Shown piece after piece: positions 1 to 10,760 of a stretch of DNA of 46,827 nucleotides. The position numbers were made by a program, and so were the translations under genes. How positions within the stretch are numbered: the first letter of the stretch is position 1; each line of letters starts with the position of its first letter. Under the pieces are notes generated by a model, which saw only the letters and a list, made by a program, of their open reading frames with translations, had not been told where the DNA came from and did not search any database. This stretch comes from Actinomycetota bacterium. Its GTDB lineage: Bacteria; Actinomycetota; Acidimicrobiia; Spongiisociales; UBA5794. Where the stretch lies: positions 1 to 46,827 of the forward strand of contig JAQCAA010000001.1 in NCBI GenBank assembly GCA_027728645.1. Direction: 5' to 3'.

Positions 1-122
1 GAACCGAAAATCTGACGCGGTGTCCGCGAACACGACGGGGCGGTAGCTTGGGTGGATATCGGGCTTCACGGGGTCTCCTGACTGGTGCGTTGAAATTGTA
101 GTGCCGGGGCTCGGCACTTCGA

Positions 123-1745
123 CTACTGGCTGTTCTTTGCGACAGACAGCAAGAACTCTACGTTGGACTTTGTTGCCTTGAGCCTGTCGATGAGCAGTTC
201 AAGCGCCGCTCCTGATTCGAGTGCGAGCAGTACCCGCCTGAGCTTCCAAACTTCTTGGAGTTCGGAAGGATCGAAGAGCAACTCTTCGCGGCGAGTGCCT
301 GAGGACTCGAGGTCGATCGCTGGGTAGATACGCCTGTCGGCGAGTTTGCGATTGAGACGGAGTTCCATGTTTCCGGTTCCCTTGAACTCTTCGAAAATAA
401 CCTCGTCCATCCGGCTACCGGTCTCGATGAGAGCAGTCGCAATGATGGTGAGGCTTCCGCCTTCCTCGATGTTCCTCGCAGCACCAAAGAAACGCTTCGG
501 CGGATAGAGGGCCGTCGAGTCGACACCACCAGAGAGAATCCGCCCGGAGGCGGGGGTAGCGAGGTTGTGTGCTCTGGCGAGGCGTGTGATCGAGTCGAGG
601 AGAATGACGACATCCTGACCCGTTTCGACCATCCGCTTGGCGCGTTCGATTGCAAGTTCTGAAACCTGGGTGTGCTCTTCTGCTGGTCGATCAAAGGTGG
701 AGTAAATGACCTCACCCTTGACAGACCGTTGCATATCCGTCACTTCTTCCGGACGCTCGTCAACGAGGACAACCATGAGATGGCACTCTGGGTTGTTCGT
801 GGAGATTGAATGAGCCAACTCCTTGAGGACTGTGGTCTTTCCTGACTTCGAGGGTGAAACAATCAGTCCACGCTGGCCCTTGCCGATTGGAGCAATGAGA
901 TCAATGATCCTTGCCATCACCCTGTTGGACTCGCCATCAATTTCGAGACGGAGGCGCTGGTCAGGGAACAGAGGAGTCAGCTTTGCAAACTTGGGGCGTT
1001 CTTTGGCTTCTTGTGGGTCAAGTCCGTTGATCTTGGTGGCCCGGACGAGTGCTGGGAACTTCTCTTGGGCGCGAGCCGGGCGGACGGGGCCCGAAACGAT
1101 ATCCCCCTTGCGGAGACGCCCCTCTCGAACAATGTTCGTCGCAACATACGCATCCTTGTCACCTGGCAGATAGCCGGTGCATCGCAGAAAGCCGTAGCCC
1201 TCCGGCAGGATGTCGAGGATGCCTTCGCTGATCTCGAGTTCAGACTCATCTATGGGTTCGTTGTTGCGACTACGGTTCCGGTTGCGGTTCCGGTTGCGGT
1301 TCCGACCGCCCTGCTGGTCGTCGGAGCGTTCACTTGAACGGCCGCCATCGCGGTCATTCCGACGGCCATCGCTGCCGGAGTTGCTCCTGCGAGTGTCGGT
1401 TCGAACTGTAGAAGTCTCAGACGAATCAGATCGATCGGTCATATCAGCGTCCTCTCTGGGAGCCTTCGTAGGCCTTGAATCACTTTGCGTCTCCTCCGGC
1501 AACATCGACTCTTCGAACTTGTCCGAGTCGATGATCGCGGCGATGAGCTTTGACTTCTGTACTCCCTCATGTTCAACGTCGACGGCAGCCGCCATGTCAC
1601 GAAGCGCTGGAAGCTTGAACTCTTGGAGTCTTGCTCTTGGTGTGCTCATCCCGAGTTGGCCCCTTTCGAGGTGGAGATGCGGGTCGTTTGGACCTGAGAT
1701 AGCGCTCATCGCAGAATGCAATTGAATCGCTGAGGAATCTCCCAC
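123..1745 (-). CDS. rho: Transcription termination factor Rho, actinobacterial type with an Arg/Asn/Asp/Gly-rich N-terminal insertion
   Basis: 540-aa ORF. Rho_N-like segment [30 protein letters not shown]-binding segment [14 protein letters not shown], Walker [14 protein letters not shown], RecA-like C-terminus. The more likely start is Met33 (ATG at 1649). Confidence 0.95.
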   Translation of the reverse strand: MGDSSAIQLHSAMSAISGPNDPHLHLERGQLGMSTPRARLQEFKLPALRDMAAAVDVEHEGVQKSKLIAAIIDSDKFEESMLPEETQSDSRPTKAPREDADMTDRSDSSETSTVRTDTRRSNSGSDGRRNDRDGGRSSERSDDQQGGRNRNRNRNRNRSRNNEPIDESELEISEGILDILPEGYGFLRCTGYLPGDKDAYVATNIVREGRLRKGDIVSGPVRPARAQEKFPALVRATKINGLDPQEAKERPKFAKLTPLFPDQRLRLEIDGESNRVMARIIDLIAPIGKGQRGLIVSPSKSGKTTVLKELAHSISTNNPECHLMVVLVDERPEEVTDMQRSVKGEVIYSTFDRPAEEHTQVSELAIERAKRMVETGQDVVILLDSITRLARAHNLATPASGRILSGGVDSTALYPPKRFFGAARNIEEGGSLTIIATALIETGSRMDEVIFEEFKGTGNMELRLNRKLADRRIYPAIDLESSGTRREELLFDPSELQEVWKLRRVLLALESGAALELLIDRLKATKSNVEFLLSVAKNSQ

Positions 1746-1838
1746 GACGGGACTCCTGAACAGAGCCGTGGTGGGAACCCTGAGATTATACGGAGTCTTT
1801 CTCAGTATCGGCGTTCTTTCGACACACCTAACAATTTG

Positions 1839-3008
1839 TTACCGAAGCGGAAGCGCTTCCTGTCCACCAGACTCAAGCTCATCAGGCTCGTCCAGGTCAA
1901 GAGTTTCGATCCGACCGCCACGGGTTTCGATCTTGCCAGCGCTCGTCTTGATTTCCTCGATATCGACCGCAGCCGCCGCGAAATGTCGGTCGAGGTTGCC
2001 CACTCTCGTCGTCAACCTTCCGATGTCTGTCAAGAGCACGCCAACCTCTTCTTGGATGACCCCGGCTTGCTTCCGCATTTCGACATCCCGAAGGATCGCC
2101 CTGACAGTCGTGAGCGTGGCCATCAGGGTCGTTGGCGAAACCAGATACACCTTGAGCTTGTGGGAGTCTGCAATCACATTCGGGTGATGGGCATGCAGCT
2201 CGGCGTAGACAGCTTCGGACGGAATGAACATCAGCGCTGTCTCTGACGTTGATCGAATCCCATCGATTGACTGGCCGACATACTTGTCAGCAATGTCCTT
2301 CACGTGTTTGCGAGTGTCAGCCGTCAGTTGCTTCGAAGCAGTCTCTCTCGCGAACGAGTCCTCCGCGGCGAGCATGTCCTGATATGCCTTGAGCGGGAAT
2401 TTTGCATCTACCGCAATCGGCCCCGGAGGGTCGGGCAACTCGATCAGACAGTCAACGACTTTCCCGTTCTCCAACTTCTGCTGGTGGCTGTACGCAAATG
2501 TGGGAAGCATTGCTTCGACAAGATCCCTGAGCTGGACCTCGCCGAATGCGCCGCGGGCAGGATTGTCATCGAGCACGTGTTGAAGACTCACAACCTTGTC
2601 CGCAAGCCCGACAATGTTCTGCTGCGCCCTGTCGATCGTCTCAAGCCTCGCAGTCAAATCTCCGAGCGACTTGGCTGTCTTCTCTGCTGAATCGGTGAGG
2701 GTGGTCCCGACGTTCTTGTCAACATGCTCAAGTCGTGCATTGACCTGCTTGGTCAGCTCCGCCTGGGACCTAGCGACAGTCTCGGAAATCGCTCGCGATG
2801 CTTGGACCTGATTGTCGTTGACAGACTTGATTTGGCCCGCGAGTTCCTGTTGGCCCCGCACCATCTCTGCAACTTGCGCCGCCAGCGCTGCCTGCTCCGG
2901 TGATACCGGTGCGGCACCTTCCTCGCGGTTCGCCTTGCGAAGCATCACGACCATGCCAAAGCCGAGCACGACCACAACCGCTATCAGCGCCCCAATCACA
3001 AACTGCAT
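1839..3008 (-). CDS. rmuC: DNA recombination protein RmuC
   Basis: 389-aa ORF. N-terminal TM helix, long coiled-coil region, conserved RmuC C-terminal region (ALMFIPSEAVYAEL, KVYLVSPTTLMATL). Confidence 0.85.
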   Translation of the reverse strand: MQFVIGALIAVVVVLGFGMVVMLRKANREEGAAPVSPEQAALAAQVAEMVRGQQELAGQIKSVNDNQVQASRAISETVARSQAELTKQVNARLEHVDKNVGTTLTDSAEKTAKSLGDLTARLETIDRAQQNIVGLADKVVSLQHVLDDNPARGAFGEVQLRDLVEAMLPTFAYSHQQKLENGKVVDCLIELPDPPGPIAVDAKFPLKAYQDMLAAEDSFARETASKQLTADTRKHVKDIADKYVGQSIDGIRSTSETALMFIPSEAVYAELHAHHPNVIADSHKLKVYLVSPTTLMATLTTVRAILRDVEMRKQAGVIQEEVGVLLTDIGRLTTRVGNLDRHFAAAAVDIEEIKTSAGKIETRGGRIETLDLDEPDELESGGQEALPLR

Positions 3009-3077
3009 GAGAGCCTCTTCTTCATCGTCATACGAACAGAGTAGACAGGGGGTGTGACAGATTCGGGATTAGAAGGG

Positions 3078-3119
3078 GCAGAAGGCAGAGGACAGAGGAC
3101 AGAGGACAGAGGACAGACC
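3078..3119. repeat. Tandem heptanucleotide array, (RCAGAGG)x6
   Basis: Read directly: GCAGAAG GCAGAGG ACAGAGG ACAGAGG ACAGAGG ACAGACC. Lies in the intergenic gap between the thrC stop and the rmuC start. Confidence 0.9.
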
Positions 3120-3141
3120 GGCACTGGGCTTGGCTTCCGTT

Positions 3142-3190
3142 CTGAAAGCTGAAAGCTGAAAGCTGAAAGCTGAATCGAAAGCTGAAAGCT
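3142..3190. repeat. Tandem heptanucleotide array, (CTGAAAG)n
   Basis: CTGAAAG x4, then a 12-nt variant unit CTGAATCGAAAG, then CTGAAAG and CT. Ends 7 nt before the thrC stop codon. Confidence 0.9.
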
Positions 3191-3196
3191 CGTCAC

Positions 3197-4219
3197 CTAC
3201 CACCCAAGTGCGGCTACGACCGAAGCGAGCGTTGGTGGCACCGCCGGCGCAATCATGATTCCTTCTACCGCTGTATCTGGGTCCTTTAGACCGTGCCCGG
3301 TCACCGTGCACACAACCTTGCCCTGTGGCAGGTCGCTCTTGAACTTGATAATGCCTGCCACTCCGGCCGCTGAGGCCGGCTCGCAGAACACACCGACGCG
3401 AGTAGAAAGAAGGCGATACGCCTCAAGAATCTCTGTGTCAGTGACCGCTTCGATCCTCCCGCCGGAGGCGTCTCTGGCTTCAATCGCACCCTCCCAGGAG
3501 GCTGGGTTGCCGATCCGAATCGCGGTTGCAATCGTTTCGGGGTCATCGAACACCTCGCCAGTCACGATCGGTGCGGCCCCTGCAGCCTGAAATCCCCACA
3601 TCTGTGGACGTGTCCCCACCTCCGTGTAGCCTTTCCAATACGCTGTTATGTTGCCAGCGTTTCCGACAGGGAGAGCGTGCACGGCTGGCGCACCGCCGAG
3701 ATCGCCGATGACCTCGAAGGCTGCCGTCTTCTGCGCCTCGATGCGATAGGGGTTGACAGAGTTGACCAGCGTCACATCGTGGTTCTGTGCGAGGAGTTTC
3801 ACGATCTCGAGAGCGTCATCGAAGTTGCCGTCGATAGGGATGATTGTCGCACCGTGTGCAGCTGCCTGTGCAAGTTTGCCTGCCGCAATCTTCCCGGCAG
3901 GGAGCACGACAATGCAGTCAAGACCTGCCCGCGCGGCGTAGGCCGCAGCCGACGCTGAGGTGTTGCCAGTTGATGCGCACGCTACTGCCCTCGACCCAGC
4001 CTCAACCGCCTTTGACACGGCGAGAGTCATGCCCCTGTCCTTGAACGACCCTGTGGGGTTCATGCCTTCGAATTTCAACAAGACGTCTCGTTCAACAATC
4101 TCGCTTACGACGTCAGCAGAAATCAGGGGTGTTCCACCCTCCAAGAGCGTCACGACGGGAGTGGTGTCGCTGACCGGGAGGTAATCAGCGTGTTCGCGGA
4201 TCACACCGCGCCAAGTCAT
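3197..4219 (-). CDS. thrC: Threonine synthase
   Basis: 340 aa. PLP-lysine motif FKDRGMT and [15 protein letters not shown]. Overlaps the hom stop by 4 nt. Confidence 0.95.
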   Translation of the reverse strand: MTWRGVIREHADYLPVSDTTPVVTLLEGGTPLISADVVSEIVERDVLLKFEGMNPTGSFKDRGMTLAVSKAVEAGSRAVACASTGNTSASAAAYAARAGLDCIVVLPAGKIAAGKLAQAAAHGATIIPIDGNFDDALEIVKLLAQNHDVTLVNSVNPYRIEAQKTAAFEVIGDLGGAPAVHALPVGNAGNITAYWKGYTEVGTRPQMWGFQAAGAAPIVTGEVFDDPETIATAIRIGNPASWEGAIEARDASGGRIEAVTDTEILEAYRLLSTRVGVFCEPASAAGVAGIIKFKSDLPQGKVVCTVTGHGLKDPDTAVEGIMIAPAVPPTLASVVAALGW

Positions 4220-5529
4220 CTTTCGACCCCGAGGACCCTGATGACCGCCGCAACCTCCAGCACCTCTGGAATCAGCTTCAGAGACTCAAGGGCGGCACGC
4301 TGGGACGACTCGACGGCTCTGTGGGTCACGACGATGAGAGATGCTTTGGTATCGACACCCTCTTGCCAAACGGAGCGGATCGAGACATTCGATTCGCCAA
4401 ACCGCGATGCAATTTTTGCAAGAACACCTGGCTTGTCATCGACCATGAGTCGCATGTACCACTCAGTCTCGACGTCTTCGAACGGTACGATCTCACCGGG
4501 AGAGAACCGAATCCGAGGTGCAACTTGTGCTCCGGCAAGTGTCTCTCTGGCGGCATCAATCACATCGCCGAGGACGGCCGTTGCAGTGGGTTCTCCACCG
4601 GCGCCTGGCCCTGCGAACAACAACGAGTCGATTGAAGGTCCCTCAATGAACACGGCGTTCGTGGCACCCCGAATCGAGGCAAGCGGGTGTTCAACAGGAA
4701 CCATGACCGGATGGACCCGTGCCGTGACACCCGAGCCCGTCCTGTCGCACACAGCAACCAATTTGATTATGTATCCGAAGTCCTCAGCAAACACCATGTC
4801 CTCGACCGAGATCGACTGGATGCCCTCGTAGTAGACATCGTCGAACCCAACCCAGGTTCCGAAGGCCAAGGAAGCAAGGATTGCGGCCTTTGCAGCGGAG
4901 TCGGCACCTGAGACGTCCGCTGTGGGATCCGGCTCTGCGTACCCAAGTGCCTGCGCCTGAGCCAACGCGTCCTCATAGGCCGTTCCCTCGTTCGCCATCT
5001 TGGTGAGAATGAAATTCGTTGTCCCGTTGACGATTCCGAGAACCCTGGTGACGGTCTCTCCTGCGAGCGTTTCCGAGAGAGGACGAATAATTGGAATTCC
5101 GCCACCAACCGCAGCCTCGAACAAGAACGGGACCCCAGAACGTTCTGCAGCGGCAATCAATTCCGGCCCGCGTGCGGAGATCAGTTCCTTGTTCGCAGAT
5201 ATGACGGGCTTTCCGGCCTCAAGGGCTGCGAGGATGAGATCGCCGGCAGGTTCGAGCCCTCCCATCACCTCAACCACGATGTCGACCGTTGGATCATTGA
5301 CGACAGAGAACAGGTCGTCTGTCAACAGTCCGTCGGTCACTTCGAAGTCACGGACCCGGCCGAGGGTCTTTACCCCGATTCGGCGAACGTCGAACACGAG
5401 TCCCGTTTTGGCAGCGATCGCGCCGGATTCACCAATGAGTCTGCGTACAAGCGCACCACCGACTGTGCCAGCTCCAAGGAGTCCTATGCCAATTGTTCGT
5501 TCCATCGTTGGCGACGATAGCGCTACCAA
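4216..5529 (-). CDS. hom: Homoserine dehydrogenase
   Basis: 437 aa. NAD-binding [10 protein letters not shown], catalytic core, C-terminal ACT-like domain. The likely start is MERTIGIG at 5505. Confidence 0.95.
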   Translation of the reverse strand: MVALSSPTMERTIGIGLLGAGTVGGALVRRLIGESGAIAAKTGLVFDVRRIGVKTLGRVRDFEVTDGLLTDDLFSVVNDPTVDIVVEVMGGLEPAGDLILAALEAGKPVISANKELISARGPELIAAAERSGVPFLFEAAVGGGIPIIRPLSETLAGETVTRVLGIVNGTTNFILTKMANEGTAYEDALAQAQALGYAEPDPTADVSGADSAAKAAILASLAFGTWVGFDDVYYEGIQSISVEDMVFAEDFGYIIKLVAVCDRTGSGVTARVHPVMVPVEHPLASIRGATNAVFIEGPSIDSLLFAGPGAGGEPTATAVLGDVIDAARETLAGAQVAPRIRFSPGEIVPFEDVETEWYMRLMVDDKPGVLAKIASRFGESNVSIRSVWQEGVDTKASLIVVTHRAVESSQRAALESLKLIPEVLEVAAVIRVLGVER

Positions 5530-5600
5530 ACGGGCACTCGATTCGAGACAGACGCAGAGGATGGCCTACAGGACAGCCCGTTGGCTGCCGATGCCCCCAT

Positions 5601-7010
5601 ATGGGTCGAACCAACTCCTCGGTCGCTGTTGCGGCAGTGCTCGCTATCAGCTGCCTCATGTTGAGCAGTGTTTTGATTCCTGCCGCGTCCGCACAAGATC
5701 CGCCGCAGGAGACCACAGCGACCACGGCCACAACCGTTCCGCCACCTCAGGACCAAGAGGGAGAAGGCTCGTCTCCAGACGATATCCGGAAACCTCCGAA
5801 CCCTGTCAAGCGATACAACGTTAAGAAGGATTTGGTTTTCCCGATCGTCGGCTCCACCTACTTCTACTCAGGCTTCGGGGCGTGTAGAGACAACTGCACA
5901 CGCTAACACCACGGCATCGACATCATGTCGTATGGCTGGAAGGCCCTCCCCGTCGTCGCGGCTCACGACGGTGTTGTCACCAAAGTGACATACGACGAAG
6001 GTAATGCTGGTTGCTCGGTTCGTATCAGGGGAAGAGACCGGTGGGAAACCCGCTACTACCACCTCAACAACGACATACCCGGTACGGACGAGATCGGGTT
6101 CCCGTGCCCTGCAGCCGGAATCGAGGTTGGTTCCTCAGTCAGCGCCGGGCAGCTGATCGGCTATGTCGGCGATAGCGGCAACGCCGAGACAACTCCCCCA
6201 CACGTTCACTTTGAACTCCGGATGCCCAACGGGCACCCGGTGGACCCGTACAAGTCACTCAGGAACGCCAAACAAGTTACCTACGAATGGCTCCCGAGTG
6301 ACTTCAGCGTTGCGACCCTCGCAATTGCAGAGCGCTTTGACCCGGACCCTGCCTCGGTGACGTTGGTCGTGACCACGGACGAAGCACAAGAACTCATGTC
6401 GAGCGAGTATCGAACCATGCGTCTGGACGCACCGATTGTGGCTGTCGATCCGCAGAATCCAGTGCCGGCGCTCGCCGAGATCAGCAGGATCGGCTCCCAA
6501 GCGGTAGTGATCCTGTCCGACGTCGACGTGCGCTGGCTCGAAGACCTACTAATCGGCAACGTCGCGTTGGTCGAGACGCAGAGCATCCCCAAACTCGAGA
6601 CTCAGCGTGTTCCGAGTGTCCCAGAGGCGCTTGAAGAGTGGGAAGCAAGAGAACCGAACCCGACCGATGTCTTCGCAACCGTAATCGCGGGCCGAATCGA
6701 CAAAATATGGCGCTCAAGGGTCGAGCCGTTTGAGGAGTTCTCAGCCGAACACCGATCCCTTGTATTGGTTTCAGAGTCGTACGGCGCTCGCTACCTCGGG
6801 CTCCGATCAACTGCATCCCCAGGACGACACGCAGACCGAGACTTGCTCTGGTGGGCGACAGGCGACGGTTGGATCGGGACCGCGACAATTGAAGAAGTCC
6901 CCAATCGCGGCTATGCATATGTCACAGAGCGGCTTGCAACACCGTGGACGCTCGCATTCCTTGGCTCGCTCGCAGAAACACCACAGGTTCCTCGATGGAA
7001 GGCCAAGTAG
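5601..7010 (+). pseudogene. Secreted M23 (LytM-type) metallopeptidase interrupted by one in-frame TAA (5904..5906)
   Basis: ORFs 5493..5906 and 5925..7010 share one frame. A signal peptide starts at ATG 5601 (MGRTNSSVAVAAVLAISCLMLSSVLIPAASA). The stop lies immediately before the HxxxD zinc motif (CTR-stop-HHGIDIM). The HVHFEL motif lies downstream. The product aligns with the intact paralog at 41012..42049. Confidence 0.75.
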
Positions 7011-7030
7011 AGAAGGCCCCGTTGCCGTGA

Positions 7031-8305
7031 TCAGCCGATGTCACGCGCAACGAGATCTTCAAACGACTCTCGCTCTACGACAAGTTTCGATACCCCGTCC
7101 TTGACAAAGACGACGGCGGGCCGCAGGACCTTGTTGTAGTTGGATCCCATTGAATGACCGTACGCCCCGGTGACCGGTGTGCAAACAATGTCACCGATGA
7201 TGGTGTCGAGCGGAAGAGCTGCCTCATTGACGATGATGTCTCCGCTCTCACAGTGTTTCCCTACGATGCGCACTCGCAGCCCCCTAGGTGACGTGACTGC
7301 ACGAGGAAGGAACGCTTCGTAGCCAGAGCCATAGAGGACAGGTCGTGGGTTGTCAGACATCCCACCATCGACTGCGAGATAGGTCCGGACACCTGGAATC
7401 TCTTTGATTGTGCCAACCGTATATGCCGTCACCGCTGCCCGAGCAACAATCGAGCGACCAGGTTCCGCGCTGATTCTCGCAAGAATGCCCTCAGCCCTTG
7501 CCGCTTCGAGGACGAGCGCAGCCCATTCAGAGATTGTTGACTCCGACTCTTCTGCCAGATAAGCCACGCCGAGTCCACCGCCGATCGAGAACTCCTCAGC
7601 TGCTGACTCGTTCAGAAACGGCGTCAACGCCGCTATCGCTTTGCGATACGACTCGACATCGAATACCTGACTTCCAATGTGTGCGTGCACGCCCTTGTAG
7701 TTCATCGATTCTGATTCCGAGACACGGACAATCGCAGCCGACGCAATACCGCTAGCGAGAGGGAATCCGAACTTCGAATCAGCAATCCCCGTTTGGAGAT
7801 ACGCATGCGTGTGGGCTTGGATACCAGGGTTGACTCTGACAAGAATGTTCGGAACGTCATGCCCTTGTGCGACGAGTTGCTCGATGCGATCGACCTCGTC
7901 AAACGAATCGACGACGATTCTTCCAACGCCCTCGTCCATTGCCATCGACAACTCTTTGAGTGACTTGTTGTTGCCATGGAACACGAGCCGATCCGCTGGC
8001 ACATCGGCCGCAAGCGCCACGAAGAGTTCGCCGCCGGTTGCCACATCGATGTGCATCCCTGCCGCGTGGGCGATCCGCGCCATTGCCTTGCACAGAAACG
8101 CCTTGGATGCGTATGCAACACCTTCACCGAAGGCATGCACCGCTTCGGCGCATGTGTCGATGAGGTGCTGTTCGTCGTAGATGAATAGCGGTGAACCGTA
8201 TTCGGCCACGAGGCCAACGACATCGCATCCGCCGATCGACAGAGCACCATCATTGACGGCTGCTGAGTTCGGAAGCAACTCGAACGGGACAGGCGCGGTG
8301 GTCAC
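7031..8305 (-). CDS. lysA: Diaminopimelate decarboxylase
   Basis: 424 aa. PLP-lysine region AYASKAF, GGGLGV, and HCESGD near the C-terminus. Confidence 0.95.
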   Translation of the reverse strand: MTTAPVPFELLPNSAAVNDGALSIGGCDVVGLVAEYGSPLFIYDEQHLIDTCAEAVHAFGEGVAYASKAFLCKAMARIAHAAGMHIDVATGGELFVALAADVPADRLVFHGNNKSLKELSMAMDEGVGRIVVDSFDEVDRIEQLVAQGHDVPNILVRVNPGIQAHTHAYLQTGIADSKFGFPLASGIASAAIVRVSESESMNYKGVHAHIGSQVFDVESYRKAIAALTPFLNESAAEEFSIGGGLGVAYLAEESESTISEWAALVLEAARAEGILARISAEPGRSIVARAAVTAYTVGTIKEIPGVRTYLAVDGGMSDNPRPVLYGSGYEAFLPRAVTSPRGLRVRIVGKHCESGDIIVNEAALPLDTIIGDIVCTPVTGAYGHSMGSNYNKVLRPAVVFVKDGVSKLVVERESFEDLVARDIG

Positions 8306-10080
8306 ATTCTGTCCGGAATCTCGATGCCGAGGAGGTCAAGCAGACGGTCGAGAACGGCGAGCGCTAGCCCAACAAGGGCGAGCCACGACGCTTGTCGTCG
8401 CGGATCCTCCTCGCTGAGGATGTGGCATTTCTCGTAAAACCTCGAGAAATCTGTTGCGATTTCGTATGCATACTCGGCGATGACATTGGGGGCACGGAGG
8501 GATACCGCTCTGTCCACCATCTCTGGCAGTCTGACCAACCGCAGCATGAGGACGCGTTCAGCATCAACGGTTGGTGCCACGACCGGTCCTTCCGAGAGTC
8601 CGGCTTCGGCCGCTCGTCTGAGGATGGACTTGATTCTGACGGCTGAATACTGGAGGTAAGGACCTGTCTTGCCCTCGAAGGCAGCAAACCGATCCATGTC
8701 GAACGTGTAGTTGGATGTGCGATGGTTCGACAGGTCTCCGAACTTGAGCGCCGCGAGTCCGACCTTGCGAGCAATCTCCTCACGCTCTGCCTGCGGGTAG
8801 CCCTCAGCGATGTGAGCAGCGTCAAGCTTGGCCCGAGCAGACTCAGTGACGAGTTCGATGAGGTCGCCAAGTCTCACGACCCCGCCCTCTCTGGTCTTGA
8901 AAGGCTTTCCATCTGGCCCGTTGACGGTGCCGAATGCAATGTGTTCGAGATCCACGTCATCCGGAGCAATCCCTGTGTTCTTTGCTGCCCGGAACACTTG
9001 CTCAAAATGCAGACCCTGGCGGGCATCAACGACATACAGCATCACATCGGCATGCATGTTCTGAACCCGCATTTCGACAGTCGCGAGATCGGTCGTCGAA
9101 TACAGGTACGAACCATCCGACCTCGTGAGGAGCAGTGGCGGGACCTCCTTTGCATCCTCCTGGCGTGCGACATCGATGACAACGGCGCCTTCCGAAACCC
9201 TTGCCTGACCACTTTCAAGGAGCCGTTCGACGATTGGGGCGAGTCGGTCGTGGACAGTCGATTCGCCGTACCACACATCAAATTCGACATCGAGCGCATC
9301 AAAGTCCGACCGTTGACCCTCCACCGAAACATTCCGAAAGTGACGCCATAGAGCGAGGTAGCCGGCCCGACCGTTCTGGAGGTCGAAGGTGGCGACTCTG
9401 GCTCGGGCGGCGACGGCGGGGTCATCGGCGCATCGCTTCGTTATCACCGGGTACATGTCGGAGAGATCGTCAAGGTCGACCGGAGAGTCAGCTGGGTACG
9501 GTCCGTCGATTGCTTCGTCGTACTCTGGTTTGAAATATGGGAGCGCAGGTTGGCGATCCTCGAGCTCGATGATGAGTTGGCCGACCGGCATCCCCCAGTC
9601 TCCGATGTGGATATCGCCAGTAATTGTGTGGCCGCGAAACCTCACGAGGCGTTTGAGAGACTCCCCGATCACAGCTGACCGCAAGTGCCCGACGTGCAGT
9701 GCCTTTGACATGTTGGGACCGCCATAGTCCACGACAACGGTGAGCGGCTTGTCGACCGGTTGGACGCCGAGCCGTTCGGAGCCAGCCATGTCGGCGATCG
9801 CACCGATCAACGCGCGAGGACTCACAACGATGTTGATGAACCCGGGTCCAGCAATCTCGATTGACTCGATGAGATCCGGAGCATCAATCGAGGCGACGAC
9901 AGCTTCGGCGATCACGCGGGGATTGCGTCCCAATGCGTTACCTGCTCCGAGCGCTCCGTTGCACTGATAATCAGCGAGTTCTGGCCGCTGGGAGACAACC
10001 ACTTCCCCAAAAGTTGAATCTGTTCCGAGCGCGACAAATGCTTCTTCAAACACTCCGCTGAGCATCGATTGAAGTGACAT
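8302..10080 (-). CDS. argS: Arginine--tRNA ligase
   Basis: 592 aa. Class I HIGH-type motif HVGHLRS, DALR-type anticodon-binding C-terminus ending in DRM. Overlaps the lysA start by 4 nt. Confidence 0.95.
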   Translation of the reverse strand: MSLQSMLSGVFEEAFVALGTDSTFGEVVVSQRPELADYQCNGALGAGNALGRNPRVIAEAVVASIDAPDLIESIEIAGPGFINIVVSPRALIGAIADMAGSERLGVQPVDKPLTVVVDYGGPNMSKALHVGHLRSAVIGESLKRLVRFRGHTITGDIHIGDWGMPVGQLIIELEDRQPALPYFKPEYDEAIDGPYPADSPVDLDDLSDMYPVITKRCADDPAVAARARVATFDLQNGRAGYLALWRHFRNVSVEGQRSDFDALDVEFDVWYGESTVHDRLAPIVERLLESGQARVSEGAVVIDVARQEDAKEVPPLLLTRSDGSYLYSTTDLATVEMRVQNMHADVMLYVVDARQGLHFEQVFRAAKNTGIAPDDVDLEHIAFGTVNGPDGKPFKTREGGVVRLGDLIELVTESARAKLDAAHIAEGYPQAEREEIARKVGLAALKFGDLSNHRTSNYTFDMDRFAAFEGKTGPYLQYSAVRIKSILRRAAEAGLSEGPVVAPTVDAERVLMLRLVRLPEMVDRAVSLRAPNVIAEYAYEIATDFSRFYEKCHILSEEDPRRQASWLALVGLALAVLDRLLDLLGIEIPDRM

Positions 10081-10152
10081 GGGTTTGGTCTCGGTCCTTG
10101 GCTCATGGACACCATGTGAGGTGCCAGACCCGCAAGGTTACAATCCGCTGGC

Positions 10153-10224
10153 GCCCCAGTAGCTCAGGGGATAGAGCACTGGCCTCCGGAGCCGGGAGCG
10201 CAGGTTCGAATCCTGCCTGGGGCA
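10153..10224 (+). tRNA. tRNA-Arg (anticodon CCG)
   Basis: Hand-folded cloverleaf. Acceptor GCCCCAG/CUGGGGC, D arm GCUC-AGGGGAUA-GAGC, anticodon arm CUGGC-CUCCGGA-GCCGG, T arm GCAGG-UUCGAAU-CCUGC, discriminator A. No CCA is encoded. Confidence 0.9.
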
Positions 10225-10304
10225 CTCGCGTGGTTCACCTGAATGGTCTCATTCCAGTCGGATGAAGACTCTTCGGAATGGTCCGGCACATACCGACGGC
10301 TGCG

Positions 10305-10760
10305 CTAGCTGTTCAGCGCTTCCTGAACGAGGCGGTTCACGAGGGCCCCGTCGAGATCTTCGCCGGAGCGCATGACGGCGCCGACGACCTGGCCGACCTG
10401 CGGGTCAGAGTCGGATCCGATTTCTGCAATCACGTTTTCGACGAGTGCGCGCGTGCCAGCTTCATCGAGTTTCTGAGGCAGATACTTTGCCAAATAGTCG
10501 ATCTCAAACGCGATCGATGCGGACCGAGACTCTCCGGCCTCCCCGAGTTTGTCGTACTCGGCTTTTGCCTTCGTAATCCGCTTTACATAGGTTGAGATGA
10601 TCCTGAGGTACATATCGTCGTCGACGACTCGGTCAAAACCTGGAGCTGCTTGTGCCGTCCCAACTTCGGCGCGCACCGAGCGAACGACGTTCAGCGTGGG
10701 CTTGTCAGCCGCTTTCATTGCCGTTTTCTGGTCGTTTCTGAGTTGCTCGTCGATCGACAT
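10305..10760 (-). CDS. GatB/YqeY domain protein
   Basis: The conserved part starts at MSIDEQLRNDQKTAMKA (ATG 10760) and continues with TYVKRITKAKAEYDKLG...IDYLAKYLPQKLDEAG...GQVVGAVMRS. The 66 N-terminal codons of the tracked ORF look non-coding. Confidence 0.85.
   Translation of the reverse strand: MSIDEQLRNDQKTAMKAADKPTLNVVRSVRAEVGTAQAAPGFDRVVDDDMYLRIISTYVKRITKAKAEYDKLGEAGESRSASIAFEIDYLAKYLPQKLDEAGTRALVENVIAEIGSDSDPQVGQVVGAVMRSGEDLDGALVNRLVQEALNS

Noticed and set aside
1274-1304. Short tandem repeat GGTTCC GGTTGC repeated inside rho
   Set aside because: It encodes the (Arg-Asn)n stretch of the Rho N-terminal insertion ([16 protein letters not shown]). Arg/Asn/Asp/Gly-rich inserts are a known feature of actinobacterial Rho. 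It is coding low complexity, not a separate element.
3078-3190. Heptamer arrays (here and at 14481, 17812, 40844) as a CRISPR array
   Set aside because: The units are 7 nt and contiguous without spacers. CRISPR repeats are 23-50 nt separated by unique spacers. No cas genes are present in the window.
5904-5906. In-frame TAA in the M23 gene as programmed read-through
   Set aside because: No downstream stimulatory structure or known recoding context is recognisable. It is treated as a pseudogene or sequencing error until reads are checked.
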